Shown: in pieces, positions 44,104 through 53,438 of the stretch
How positions within the stretch are numbered: the first letter of the stretch is position 1
Layout of the letters: every line of letters begins with the position of its first letter
Source of the DNA: an uncultured Haloferula sp.
GTDB lineage: Bacteria > Verrucomicrobiota > Verrucomicrobiia > Verrucomicrobiales > Akkermansiaceae
Length of the DNA: 64,000 nucleotides
Assembly (NCBI GenBank): GCA_965652295.1
Contig: CBFGTS010000003.1
Coordinates: 250,232-314,231, forward strand
Reading direction: 5' to 3'
Position numbers and translations under genes: made by a program
The notes under the pieces: generated by a model
What the model was told of the DNA's origin: nothing
What the model saw: only the letters and a program-made list of their open reading frames with translations
The model's database searches: none

Positions 44104-44256
44104 TTGTCGTTGGTCGGAAACGCGCCATGTGGAGAATCAAACCCAACCCGGCACGGCGCGACCGGAACGGGGCTGGCCGGCAGCGAACACGCTCCGGTTG
44201 ATCGCTCGCTACATGCTCGGCTTCCGGGTGGCAAGCACGGAAACGCGCGCTGTCAA

Positions 44257-44757
44257 TCATGCGGCAGGATAGCGCTCCGGACCTTCCGAGGGCGGGGGAA
44301 TCCGCCGCATGCGCTCGAAGTCGCCTTCCTCGCAGCAACGCACGAATCCCTCGGCGTAGCTTTTGAGCTTGTCCCAGCATTCACGGATCGATTTGGCCTC
44401 CTGCGTGGAAATCGAGTCGTCCATCGCCGCTTCCGCAATCCGTTGCAGCATGCTGGAGAACTGGCCGACGATCTCGTTCGTCGCCGGAAGCACTTCGTAG
44501 CCCTTCTCGCAGAAGCTTTGCGGGTTGCGGACGAAGTAGCCGCCGTTGGCGTGGCACAGCCACTCGACGAGGCCGGTATCGCCGCTCAGCTCGACGATTT
44601 TCTGCAACCGATCGAGCGGATTGCGACTGCCGGAACCATCCACGGACTGCTTCTCCGCCCACTTGTAAACCAGCGAAAGGGATACTCCGAGATCCGCCGC
44701 GATCGCCTTGGGACTGGTTTTCGCGAACGCCTTGCGCAGGACCTCGTGTGTTTCCAT
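44257..44757 (-). CDS. Putative HTH regulator (phage CII/CP76-like)
   Basis: KAIAADLGVSLSLVYKW HTH, NPLDR, WLC..GGYF, DDSISTQEAKSIR. Confidence 0.6.
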   Translation of the reverse strand: METHEVLRKAFAKTSPKAIAADLGVSLSLVYKWAEKQSVDGSGSRNPLDRLQKIVELSGDTGLVEWLCHANGGYFVRNPQSFCEKGYEVLPATNEIVGQFSSMLQRIAEAAMDDSISTQEAKSIRECWDKLKSYAEGFVRCCEEGDFERMRRIPPPSEGPERYPAA

Positions 44758-44923
44758 GCGCCGAAACCTAGCAGGCGCTCGCGCCAAGCAAAGCAATTCC
44801 AAACGGCGCGGCCCGGCCTGGAAAATTGACGATATAGCCACAATGTAAATTTCTTCTGGTCGAGCGATCCCATTAAACGAATCGTTTCCTACTTGTTACT
44901 CAGGTAACTTTCCAAAACCCCGT

Positions 44924-47900
44924 ATGGCCGATCCCCGCCAAAAACCCAGGGTGTCGGTGCTTGCGTCCGCTCTGGTATCCGCCGCCCTGCCGGTGGTGCA
45001 GGTGACGCATGCCGACCTCATCCACCGCTGGTCCTTTGACCAGCCAGCCGGAGATGCGCCCTCCGGGACCACCATGACGGATTCCGTATCCGGCGCGGCC
45101 GCCACCGTTTTCGGAGGCTTGCAGGGCGTTTCGACCTTTGATGGCACCGCTCTTCGCATTCAAGGAACCACGACAGGCAACCGGTCACTTGGCTTCATTT
45201 CCGGTTACATCGATCTGCCCAACGGGATCATTTCCTCGAAAACCCACCTGACCCTCGAGATCTGGGCCACCCCCTTCGGAGCCACCAACTACGACCGGCT
45301 CTTCGACTTCGGCCGCTGCAATCTGACCCACGGTCCGGATGCCCAGCCCGGGGAAATCGTCGATGTCCTCGGCACCGGCCAAACCCCGGGAACCTCGGAC
45401 TCCGACGACAACCTTTTCTTTTCGTTTTCCGTCGGCAGCGACGAGGACCGGAGCCGCATGGATGCGATGGTGAACGACAACGACTCGAACCCCGACCTCG
45501 TCTTCGATGCCGACACGCAGACCTCCTTCGGAACCCGCTACCACTACGTGATGACCTTCGAGGATGGTGCCGGAACGTTTGGCGCCACCGGCGGCCGGGT
45601 GAGCTGGTATCGCGACGGGGAACTGCTCCTCGCCACGGACGTCAATTTCCGCCTTCAGGACATCGAAGACGTCAACAACTGGCTGGGCCGCTCGCAATGG
45701 ACGAACGATTCCAACGCCAACGCTTCCTACGACGAGGTCCGTATCTATGATCACGCGCTCACGCTGGCGGAAATCGAAGCGAGCCTCACCGCCGGCCCGG
45801 ATGAGGTCAGGGAACCGGACGACGACGAGGATGGTTTGAGTGATCGATTCGAGGACCGGTTTTTCGGAAACAACGACGGAAACCCCACTCCCTCCGAACT
45901 GCTGCTGCAAAGCGGCGGCGACGACGCGGATAACGACGGCCTGACCAATCTGGAAGAACAGCAGCGCGGCACCGATCCCACCGATCCTCTCTCTCCGCCC
46001 CCGCCGCCGGTTCCAGACCACCTCTGGACCTTCACCACCCAGGCGGCCTCGATCGCGGAAGCGGGCACGATTTTTCCCGACGAGTTCGGCGGCGGCTGGG
46101 AAACCCTTCTCCGTGGAAACGGCGCGCAGCTCACGGGTGGTGCGGTGGTCCTTCCGGGCAATACCAATGGCAACCAGACCGCCTCGGCCATTTCCGCTTA
46201 CCTCGATCTCCCGGACGGCATCATCTCGGCTTCGCCCGATCTCACCATCGAGGCCTGGGCGACACCGGTTTCCTCCAAAACCTGGCAGCGGCTTTTCGAC
46301 TTCGGTCGCTGCGTCGAGACCTCCGGTCCGAATGCCGACCCGGGTGAGATCAACGACGGCAACGCCACTCCGGGTCTCACCGGTGCGTGGGACAACCTCA
46401 GCCTGACGCTCAACAACGCGAACGATCTCGACACCCATCAACTTGAGGGCGAGCACGACGACCTCGGTCCGGTCTTCACCACTTCCAGCGCCCCCACGGT
46501 GGCGGGCACGGAGTATCACTACCTGCTGACCGTGGAGGATGGCGTGGGTGAATTCGGCTCCGAGGGCTGCCGCGTCTCCTGGTATCGCGATGGGGTTTTG
46601 CAAAACACCGACGATTTCCACTTCCGCCTCGTGGACATGGAGGATGTCAACAACTGGATCGGGCGCTCGATGTACACGGGCGATTCCAACTCGAACCTCG
46701 CCCTCAACGAACTCCGGCTTTACCGCCGCGTGATTTCCGCCGGGGAAATCCAGGCCAGCTACGAGGCGGGGCCGGATCCCTCGGTAGGGCCGCCGGAGCC
46801 GCCCGCACCGCCGCCGATCCCGACGCACCGCTGGGATTTCAATACCGCAGCCGGCGATGCCCCTTCCGGCACCGTCTTCACCGACGTCGTCACCGGAGAA
46901 ACCGCCACCGTCCGCGGAAATGGAGCGGCTCTCAACGGCACCGAGCTGGTGCTTCCGGGCGGAACCACCGGCAACGTCGGCGCGGCGGAGATCTCCGGCT
47001 ATCTCGATCTTCCGAACGGCTTCATTTCCGCTCACACCGAACTCTCGATCGAGGCATGGATCACGCCGGTATCATCGAGAGACTGGCAGCGTCTCTGGGA
47101 ATTCGGAAGCTGCTCGGTCACATCAGGCGATGGCGCGCTCGACGGCGAAGTGATCGATGGCGACGGCGCTCCGCCCGCTTTCCAGCAGAACGACGGGATC
47201 TTCCTTTCGCTCAATAGCGGCGGCGCACTCGGTTCGCACCGCCTCGCCGGAAAGAGCGCCGGAGGCAGCGAGAACCGGGTCGATACCGATCTCTCGTCGG
47301 CCACCGGCAGCGGCACGGAATATCACTTCGTCATGACCGTGGAGAACGGAGCGGGCGCTGCGGGAAGCACCGGCTGCCAGGTCCGTTGGTATCGCGACGG
47401 CGTCCTCTCCGGCACGCTCGATCTGCCCTTCCAGCTCAAGGACATCCACGACGTGAACAACTGGATCGGCCGCTCGAACTGGAGCGCCGACGCCAACTCC
47501 CATATCTCGATCAACGAACTGCGCGTTTACGACCACCCGCTTTCCCCCCAGGAGGTCCTCACCTCGTTCACCGATGGGCCGGATACGGTTTACGCCACGC
47601 CCGTGGCGGTCGATGACAGCGCGACGATCCATCGTGGCCTGAAGGTCCGGCTCGACGTCCTGGCCAACGACGAAGGCGGCGTGAGTTCGCTTGAAATCGC
47701 CGAGGCCCCGGCGGTCGGTTCAGCGGTCGTTCAAGACGACAACACCATCCTCTACACCCACGATGGCTCTGCCGGAGAAAGCGTCACTTTCACCTACCTT
47801 AGCAGCGGCATCGGCGGCATCTCGGACCCCGCCACGGTGACCATCAAGATCTCGGACGAAATCCGGATCGATGGCACCGCACATGAAATGCCCGACGCCC

Positions 47901-50512
47901 CTCCGACCACTTCGCTCGCGGTGATCGATGCCTTCCCCGGTGTGTTTTTCAACCGCCCCGTTGCCCTCGCCACCATTCCGGGTGACGAGCAGAGGCTCTT
48001 CGTCACGGAGATCGGCGGCGCGGTTCACGTCATCCCGGACGTCACCAGCCCCACCCCGTCGTCCGCTCCCGTTCTCGATCTCCCGGCCGCGATCCAAGGC
48101 CGGACGCCTTCCGAATCGATCCAAGGCGGCGCCAATCAGGAATGCGGCCTGCTCGGGCTCGCGTTTCACCCCGACTTTACGAGCAACGGTCACTTGTATG
48201 TTTTCTATTCAGTGGTGAAAAACGGAACCTCCGGGTTCTTCCAACGGATCTCGCGCTTCACCGTTCCCGCCGGGGAAATCGCCAACCCCGTCCCGCTGGC
48301 CGATCCCTCCTCGGAGGTGATCCTGATCGAGCAATACGACCAGGGCCCCAACCATCAGGGAGGCGACATCCATTTCGGCCTGGACGGCTATCTTTACATC
48401 TCCGTGGGTGACGAAGAGAACCCGAACGATTTCCGCCTCAACAGCCAGCGGATCGACAAGGACTTCTTCGCCGGCCTGCTGCGAATCGATGTGGACAAAC
48501 TCCCCGACAACCTCGCGCCCAACGCGCATGAGTCCGTGCCGCTCTACGAAGATTCCGAAAACCCCGGCACCTTCGCCGCCGCCTACTCGATTCCCGCCGA
48601 CAACCCCTGGGTCGGCGGCACCAGGTTCATCGGCCAGACGGTCGATCCGGCGGATATCCGCAGCGAGTTCTATGCGGTGGGCCTGCGCAGCCCGTGGCGG
48701 TTCTCCATCGATTCCGCCACAGGCGACATCTGGGTCGGAGATGTCGGCCAGGACCGCTACGAGGAAATCGATCTCATCGAAAAGGGAGGCAATTACGGCT
48801 GGGTCTTCCGCGAGGGCGCGCACGACATCAACACCTCCAACCCAGGCTGGCCCGACAAGCCTTCGAACTTCGATGAGATCGCCATCGATCCCGTTTATGA
48901 ATACGTCCACAACGCCATGGCCGGCGATCCCGCCTACAAGGGGAATTCGGTCACCGGCGGCCGCGTGTATCGCGGCGAGCGAATCCCCTCGCTCTTCGGT
49001 GCCTACATCTTCGGCGATCAGGTTTCCGGTCATCTGTGGTCGATGACTCTCGGCACCGGCGGCGCGGCCGTCGTCAACCGGATCGGCGGACTTTCCCACG
49101 TATCCGCCTTCGGCGAAGACCCCTCGAACCGCGACCTCCTCTTGTGCTGGACGCCCGCTAACGCCGCAGCCACGCCGACTTACGGGATCAAGCGACTCGT
49201 TTCCAACACCCTCACCGATTCGTTCCCGGCAACGCTGTCGGAGACCGGTATCTTTTCCGATTTAACGGACCTCACCCCCTCGCCCGGCTTCCTTCACTAC
49301 GAGCCGAACATCACCTTCTGGAGCGACCATGCCCTGAAGAAGCGGTGGTTTTCGATCGCCGATCCCGCCGCTACCATGACCTGGAGAAAAGAAGGTCCGT
49401 GGGATTACCCCGAGGGCATGGTCTGGGTGAAGCACTTCGACATGGAAATGGAACGCGGCAACCCAGCCACGAAAAAACGCCTCGAAACCCGCGTGCTGGT
49501 CCGCGACGAGGCCGGCTCCTATGGCGTCAGCTACCGGTGGAACAAGGCGGAAACCGAGGCTTTGCTGGTCGAGGATGGCGGCGTGAGCTTCCCGCTGGAG
49601 ATCGTGATCGACGGCACGCCCACCACGCAGATGTGGTCCATTCCCAGCCGCACCCAATGCACCATCTGCCACAACGCGGCCGCCGGCCACGGCCTGTCCT
49701 TCAACACCCGTCAACTCAACCGCGAAGGACTCCTGGCAGGATACGCGGGCAATCAAATCGAGCTGCTCGAACTCGCCGGCTACCTCGCCAACCCGCCCGG
49801 GCCCACCGCCACCCTCCCGAGCCACACGGTTTACGAGGATGCCACCGTTCCCCTCGAAAAGCGGGCCCGCACCTACCTCGACGTCAACTGCGCCTACTGC
49901 CACCGGCCCGGCGGCGGGGGTCCCGGCTTCGACGCCCGCGCCGAACTCACGCTGGAGGAGACCGGGCTCGTCCGCGGACTCGTCGCCGCCGCGGAACATT
50001 CCGACGACCGCCTGGTGGCTCCCGGAGAACCCGTCCGCTCGGTGATTCTCAGCCGCATCTCCGAAACCAACGGCTACACCCGCATGCCGCCGCTGGCCAC
50101 CGCGGTGCGCGACGAGCAGGGCATCGCCTTGGTGACAGAGTGGATTCAAAGCGAACTCTCCGGCCACACGCTCTACGACGACTGGGCCACCGCCTACCCC
50201 GGCCTTGGCACCCGCACGGCGGATGACGACAGCGACGGACGCTCCAACTACGCCGAGTTCCTCCTGCACTCCCACCCCTTGAGAGGAACCGGCGGACAGG
50301 TGGCGGAGGTCTCGGCCAACGCCTTCCGCTTCGAGCGCCGCCCCTTCCGCCTCTACGACATCCAGACCAGCGGAAACCTGATCGATTGGACGAGCTGGGA
50401 CGTCTCCCAGAACCGGCAGAACTACGACGCATCCAGTAGCACGGTCGAGATACCGATCACTCCCGGCACACCGCCGCGGCAGTATTTCCGCCTCCAAGTC
50501 AGCGAACCCTGA
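44924..50512 (+). CDS. Large secreted protein: three LamG-like domains, Ig-like domain, glucose/sorbosone dehydrogenase propeller, two CxxCH heme motifs
   Basis: Three repeats with HxWxF..YxDLPxG..TxExW..WYRDG..DVNNWxGRS..ExRxY; AVDD..DVLAND; GLLGLAFHPDF, NHQGG, GLRSPWR, GDVGQ, GGNYGW; CTICH and CAYCH. Confidence 0.88.
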   Translation: MADPRQKPRVSVLASALVSAALPVVQVTHADLIHRWSFDQPAGDAPSGTTMTDSVSGAAATVFGGLQGVSTFDGTALRIQGTTTGNRSLGFISGYIDLPNGIISSKTHLTLEIWATPFGATNYDRLFDFGRCNLTHGPDAQPGEIVDVLGTGQTPGTSDSDDNLFFSFSVGSDEDRSRMDAMVNDNDSNPDLVFDADTQTSFGTRYHYVMTFEDGAGTFGATGGRVSWYRDGELLLATDVNFRLQDIEDVNNWLGRSQWTNDSNANASYDEVRIYDHALTLAEIEASLTAGPDEVREPDDDEDGLSDRFEDRFFGNNDGNPTPSELLLQSGGDDADNDGLTNLEEQQRGTDPTDPLSPPPPPVPDHLWTFTTQAASIAEAGTIFPDEFGGGWETLLRGNGAQLTGGAVVLPGNTNGNQTASAISAYLDLPDGIISASPDLTIEAWATPVSSKTWQRLFDFGRCVETSGPNADPGEINDGNATPGLTGAWDNLSLTLNNANDLDTHQLEGEHDDLGPVFTTSSAPTVAGTEYHYLLTVEDGVGEFGSEGCRVSWYRDGVLQNTDDFHFRLVDMEDVNNWIGRSMYTGDSNSNLALNELRLYRRVISAGEIQASYEAGPDPSVGPPEPPAPPPIPTHRWDFNTAAGDAPSGTVFTDVVTGETATVRGNGAALNGTELVLPGGTTGNVGAAEISGYLDLPNGFISAHTELSIEAWITPVSSRDWQRLWEFGSCSVTSGDGALDGEVIDGDGAPPAFQQNDGIFLSLNSGGALGSHRLAGKSAGGSENRVDTDLSSATGSGTEYHFVMTVENGAGAAGSTGCQVRWYRDGVLSGTLDLPFQLKDIHDVNNWIGRSNWSADANSHISINELRVYDHPLSPQEVLTSFTDGPDTVYATPVAVDDSATIHRGLKVRLDVLANDEGGVSSLEIAEAPAVGSAVVQDDNTILYTHDGSAGESVTFTYLSSGIGGISDPATVTIKISDEIRIDGTAHEMPDAPPTTSLAVIDAFPGVFFNRPVALATIPGDEQRLFVTEIGGAVHVIPDVTSPTPSSAPVLDLPAAIQGRTPSESIQGGANQECGLLGLAFHPDFTSNGHLYVFYSVVKNGTSGFFQRISRFTVPAGEIANPVPLADPSSEVILIEQYDQGPNHQGGDIHFGLDGYLYISVGDEENPNDFRLNSQRIDKDFFAGLLRIDVDKLPDNLAPNAHESVPLYEDSENPGTFAAAYSIPADNPWVGGTRFIGQTVDPADIRSEFYAVGLRSPWRFSIDSATGDIWVGDVGQDRYEEIDLIEKGGNYGWVFREGAHDINTSNPGWPDKPSNFDEIAIDPVYEYVHNAMAGDPAYKGNSVTGGRVYRGERIPSLFGAYIFGDQVSGHLWSMTLGTGGAAVVNRIGGLSHVSAFGEDPSNRDLLLCWTPANAAATPTYGIKRLVSNTLTDSFPATLSETGIFSDLTDLTPSPGFLHYEPNITFWSDHALKKRWFSIADPAATMTWRKEGPWDYPEGMVWVKHFDMEMERGNPATKKRLETRVLVRDEAGSYGVSYRWNKAETEALLVEDGGVSFPLEIVIDGTPTTQMWSIPSRTQCTICHNAAAGHGLSFNTRQLNREGLLAGYAGNQIELLELAGYLANPPGPTATLPSHTVYEDATVPLEKRARTYLDVNCAYCHRPGGGGPGFDARAELTLEETGLVRGLVAAAEHSDDRLVAPGEPVRSVILSRISETNGYTRMPPLATAVRDEQGIALVTEWIQSELSGHTLYDDWATAYPGLGTRTADDDSDGRSNYAEFLLHSHPLRGTGGQVAEVSANAFRFERRPFRLYDIQTSGNLIDWTSWDVSQNRQNYDASSSTVEIPITPGTPPRQYFRLQVSEP

Positions 50513-50519
50513 CCGCGCC

Positions 50520-51515
50520 TCAATCCGCCGTCACCACCGTGTGCTCCAGCGACCACGCGGCGATTTCCTCCACCTGCGTCACGCTCTCGACCTTGGCCAG
50601 GCGCTGGCGCAGTTCCTTCGCGCCGGGAAAGCCCTTGCAGTAGGCCATCAGGCGCGAGCGCATCGCCATCAAGGCGTGCCGCTCGTGCCCATACCTCCGG
50701 CTCTCCGCCGCCAGCCGGCAGTGCCGCATCACCAGCTCCCACCGTTCTTCCAGCGGCACCGGAGGCAGCAGCTCTCCGGTCTCCAGAAAATGCTTCGCTT
50801 CCCGGAAAACCCAGGGGTTCTGCATCGCCGCGCGACCGATCATCACGCCACTCACGGCGGTCGTGCTTTTCCGCCGCGCCACGTCCTCGCCGCTCGCGAT
50901 GTCGCCGTTGCCGATCACCGGCACGCCGACCGCCCGGGCACAGGCATCGATCGTCTCCCAACACGCCTCGCCGCCATATCCCTGGGAGCGCGTGCGACCG
51001 TGGATCGCGATGGCCTGCATGCCACAGTCCTCGAGGCGGCGGCTCACATCGACCGCGTTGACCGTTTTCTCGTCCCAGCCGATGCGGATCTTCGCCGTCA
51101 CTGGCACCACGCCCTCGCAGGCTTTCGCCACGCCGCTCGCGACGCTTTCGAGCAGCGGGCAGTCCTTCAGCAGCGAAGATCCCCCATTCTTGGAAACGAC
51201 CTTGTTCACCGGGCATCCGAAGTTGATATCGATGAAATCCGGGCGCTTCCACTCGACGACCTTCCGTGCCGCCTCGCCCATGCGTTCGCCATCGGCACCG
51301 AAAAGCTGCACGCCCACCGGACGTTGTTCATCGGTGAATTCGGTGTATTTCCGGGTCCGGTCGTCGGCCTGCATGATCCCTTCCGCCGAGACGAATTCCG
51401 TCACCATCACGTCCGCTCCCAGCTCCTTGCAGATTTGCCGGAAGACCACATCGGTCACCCCGGCCATCGGGGCCAGATAGAGCGGGAACGCACCGTTTTC
51501 GAACCAAGGAAGCAC
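50520..51515 (-). CDS. dusB: tRNA-dihydrouridine synthase
   Basis: LAPMAGVTD, QLFG, IDINFGCP, TAKIRIGW, HGRT, NGDI, MIGR; GTG start assumed. Confidence 0.93.
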   Translation of the reverse strand: MLPWFENGAFPLYLAPMAGVTDVVFRQICKELGADVMVTEFVSAEGIMQADDRTRKYTEFTDEQRPVGVQLFGADGERMGEAARKVVEWKRPDFIDINFGCPVNKVVSKNGGSSLLKDCPLLESVASGVAKACEGVVPVTAKIRIGWDEKTVNAVDVSRRLEDCGMQAIAIHGRTRSQGYGGEACWETIDACARAVGVPVIGNGDIASGEDVARRKSTTAVSGVMIGRAAMQNPWVFREAKHFLETGELLPPVPLEERWELVMRHCRLAAESRRYGHERHALMAMRSRLMAYCKGFPGAKELRQRLAKVESVTQVEEIAAWSLEHTVVTAD

Positions 51516-51632
51516 GGCGGAACCTAAGGACCGTGCGGCCACCCTGCAACCCTTCCCGGGCCGTGGCCGCGACGGAAAGATAATAAGGTTTTTCAAACTA
51601 TCGCCCTGCGGTAAGAGAGGATCTCGATCGGC

Positions 51633-53378
51633 ATGCAGACCCGCCCCACCCCAGGACCACTCCAAGCCGCTCCCTGGCTTGGACTCGCGGCGGTGCTGCT
51701 TGTCTCCACCCTCATGCTGTGGCCGGGCCTCGGCCACCCGCTCAACTTCGACGACGTGGTGACGCGGGACGATGTGAGGTCCTACGGCAGTCCGCTCGAT
51801 GCGTTCGGAAAGGACGCGTTCCAGCTCTTCCGACCGCTGAAGAACCTCTTCTTCTACTTCATGGAGCAGGCGGCCGCGGAGTCCTTCGCCTACCATGTGG
51901 GCACGCTGCTCTGCTATCATCTCGCCACCGCCGGGGTGTTTTTCATGGCTTGGCAGTTGTCGTCGCGGGCATCCATGGCGGTGGCAGCCGCTGCGATCTG
52001 GAGCCTTTCCGCCGCCAACGTCACGGTCGCCCACTGGGCGAGCTGCGTGAACATTTCCCTCGCGATCGCCGCCATGACGACCGCTCTGGCACTATGGGAC
52101 CGCTGGCGTGAACGTGGCTCGCGCCTCGGCACGGCCGGAGCAGCGGGTGTGCTGCTGTTCCTCGCCTGCTGTTCCTACGAGACCGCCGTCGCGACCGCCC
52201 CCATTGCCGTTCTCACGGATCTCTACCGCGGTCGCCGGATCTTCGACCGGAAATCCCTCGCCGCCTACTCGGTGATCGCACTGATCGTCCTCGGCTATCT
52301 CGCCTGGCGACATGTCATCGGCGGAAAAATGGTCAATCTCGCCAACCCGGGATTCAACGGCGATATCGACCGCTGGCAGGTGAGCGCCTCCGCGCCGTAC
52401 TTCCTTTGGACCCACTTCACGATGTGGCTCGCGCCGTGGGGGAAACTGGAGTTCCTCGGCAGCTACCTCTGGAACAAGTCCGTTCCCGCCACCGCCCTTC
52501 CCTTCTGCTGGGCTTTCCTGATCGGTGGAGTTTTCCTCTGCGTCCGCTTCTGGAAACCGGGCAACCTCCTCCTCTTTGGCGCGGCCTGGTTTCTCGTCGC
52601 CTCGATCCCGTCCGGAAACTTCATCCCGCTGATGAACACTCCGACCGCCGACTACTACGTGCCGCTCCCGGCCGTCGGTCTCGCGCTGGCCTTCACCGCC
52701 CTGTGCCGCCGGTTGATCCTGCTCATGCGTCGTGGTTCCGGACACCGCTGGATTTCCGTTGCCGCCGGGACGGTCGTCGTCGCGCTCGTCGCCTCACGCA
52801 TCGCGAACCTCACCGCCTTTGCCACCTGGCTCGGCGCGTGGGCGCAACCGGCCGAATTGATGGCGCGGACGGCAGAGGCAAAACCCCACCAGTTTTTCGC
52901 CAAAAGCGTGGCCGCCGAGATGCTTCTCGATACCGGAAACCTCGATCTTTCCGAGCCATACGCCCGCAGCGCCATCGCGGACACAGACGATCTCGCGCTT
53001 CCCTACGTGGTTCTGGGGCGCATCGAGCTCGAACGCGGAAATTACGCCGCGGCTCTCGGTCATCTGTCCGAGGCGATGCGCCAACGCTTCGTCTCCGAGG
53101 ATACCTTCACCTCCGCGAACCATTTTCTCGGCGTCGCTATTGCGCAAGCTGCTCCCGAACGCCTTGAAGAGGCCAGGGCCCACTTCGTAATCGCGCTCAA
53201 AAACCGCAGCTACCCGCGCCATGCCGAAGCGGTCGCCGACCTGGCGACGATGTATGAAAACGCCGGCAACTCCGCCGACGCCCGGGAAGTCATCCTTCAT
53301 GGCTTGGAAATCCACCCCAATCACCCTGATTTGCTTGATGAGCTGAAGAAGTTGGAGCCGCCCGCCTCGTCGCGTTGA
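51633..53378 (+). CDS. GT-C fold (TMTC-like) membrane glycosyltransferase with C-terminal TPRs
   Basis: First loop LNFDD and FRPL, multiple TMs, SYE, ADYYVPLP, TPR-like helical C-terminus. Confidence 0.7.
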   Translation: MQTRPTPGPLQAAPWLGLAAVLLVSTLMLWPGLGHPLNFDDVVTRDDVRSYGSPLDAFGKDAFQLFRPLKNLFFYFMEQAAAESFAYHVGTLLCYHLATAGVFFMAWQLSSRASMAVAAAAIWSLSAANVTVAHWASCVNISLAIAAMTTALALWDRWRERGSRLGTAGAAGVLLFLACCSYETAVATAPIAVLTDLYRGRRIFDRKSLAAYSVIALIVLGYLAWRHVIGGKMVNLANPGFNGDIDRWQVSASAPYFLWTHFTMWLAPWGKLEFLGSYLWNKSVPATALPFCWAFLIGGVFLCVRFWKPGNLLLFGAAWFLVASIPSGNFIPLMNTPTADYYVPLPAVGLALAFTALCRRLILLMRRGSGHRWISVAAGTVVVALVASRIANLTAFATWLGAWAQPAELMARTAEAKPHQFFAKSVAAEMLLDTGNLDLSEPYARSAIADTDDLALPYVVLGRIELERGNYAAALGHLSEAMRQRFVSEDTFTSANHFLGVAIAQAAPERLEEARAHFVIALKNRSYPRHAEAVADLATMYENAGNSADAREVILHGLEIHPNHPDLLDELKKLEPPASSR

Positions 53379-53438
53379 GACCAGCCGCCATCAAACATTT
53401 CGGTTTTCCAAAATATCCGATTCGGGTATCACCGCGTC

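Noticed and set aside
43573..44829. 418-aa Ala/Thr-rich plus-strand ORF and GCC-rich repeats
   Set aside because: Reverse complement of the Gly-rich RRM tail and the HTH gene; low complexity is explained by glycine codons.
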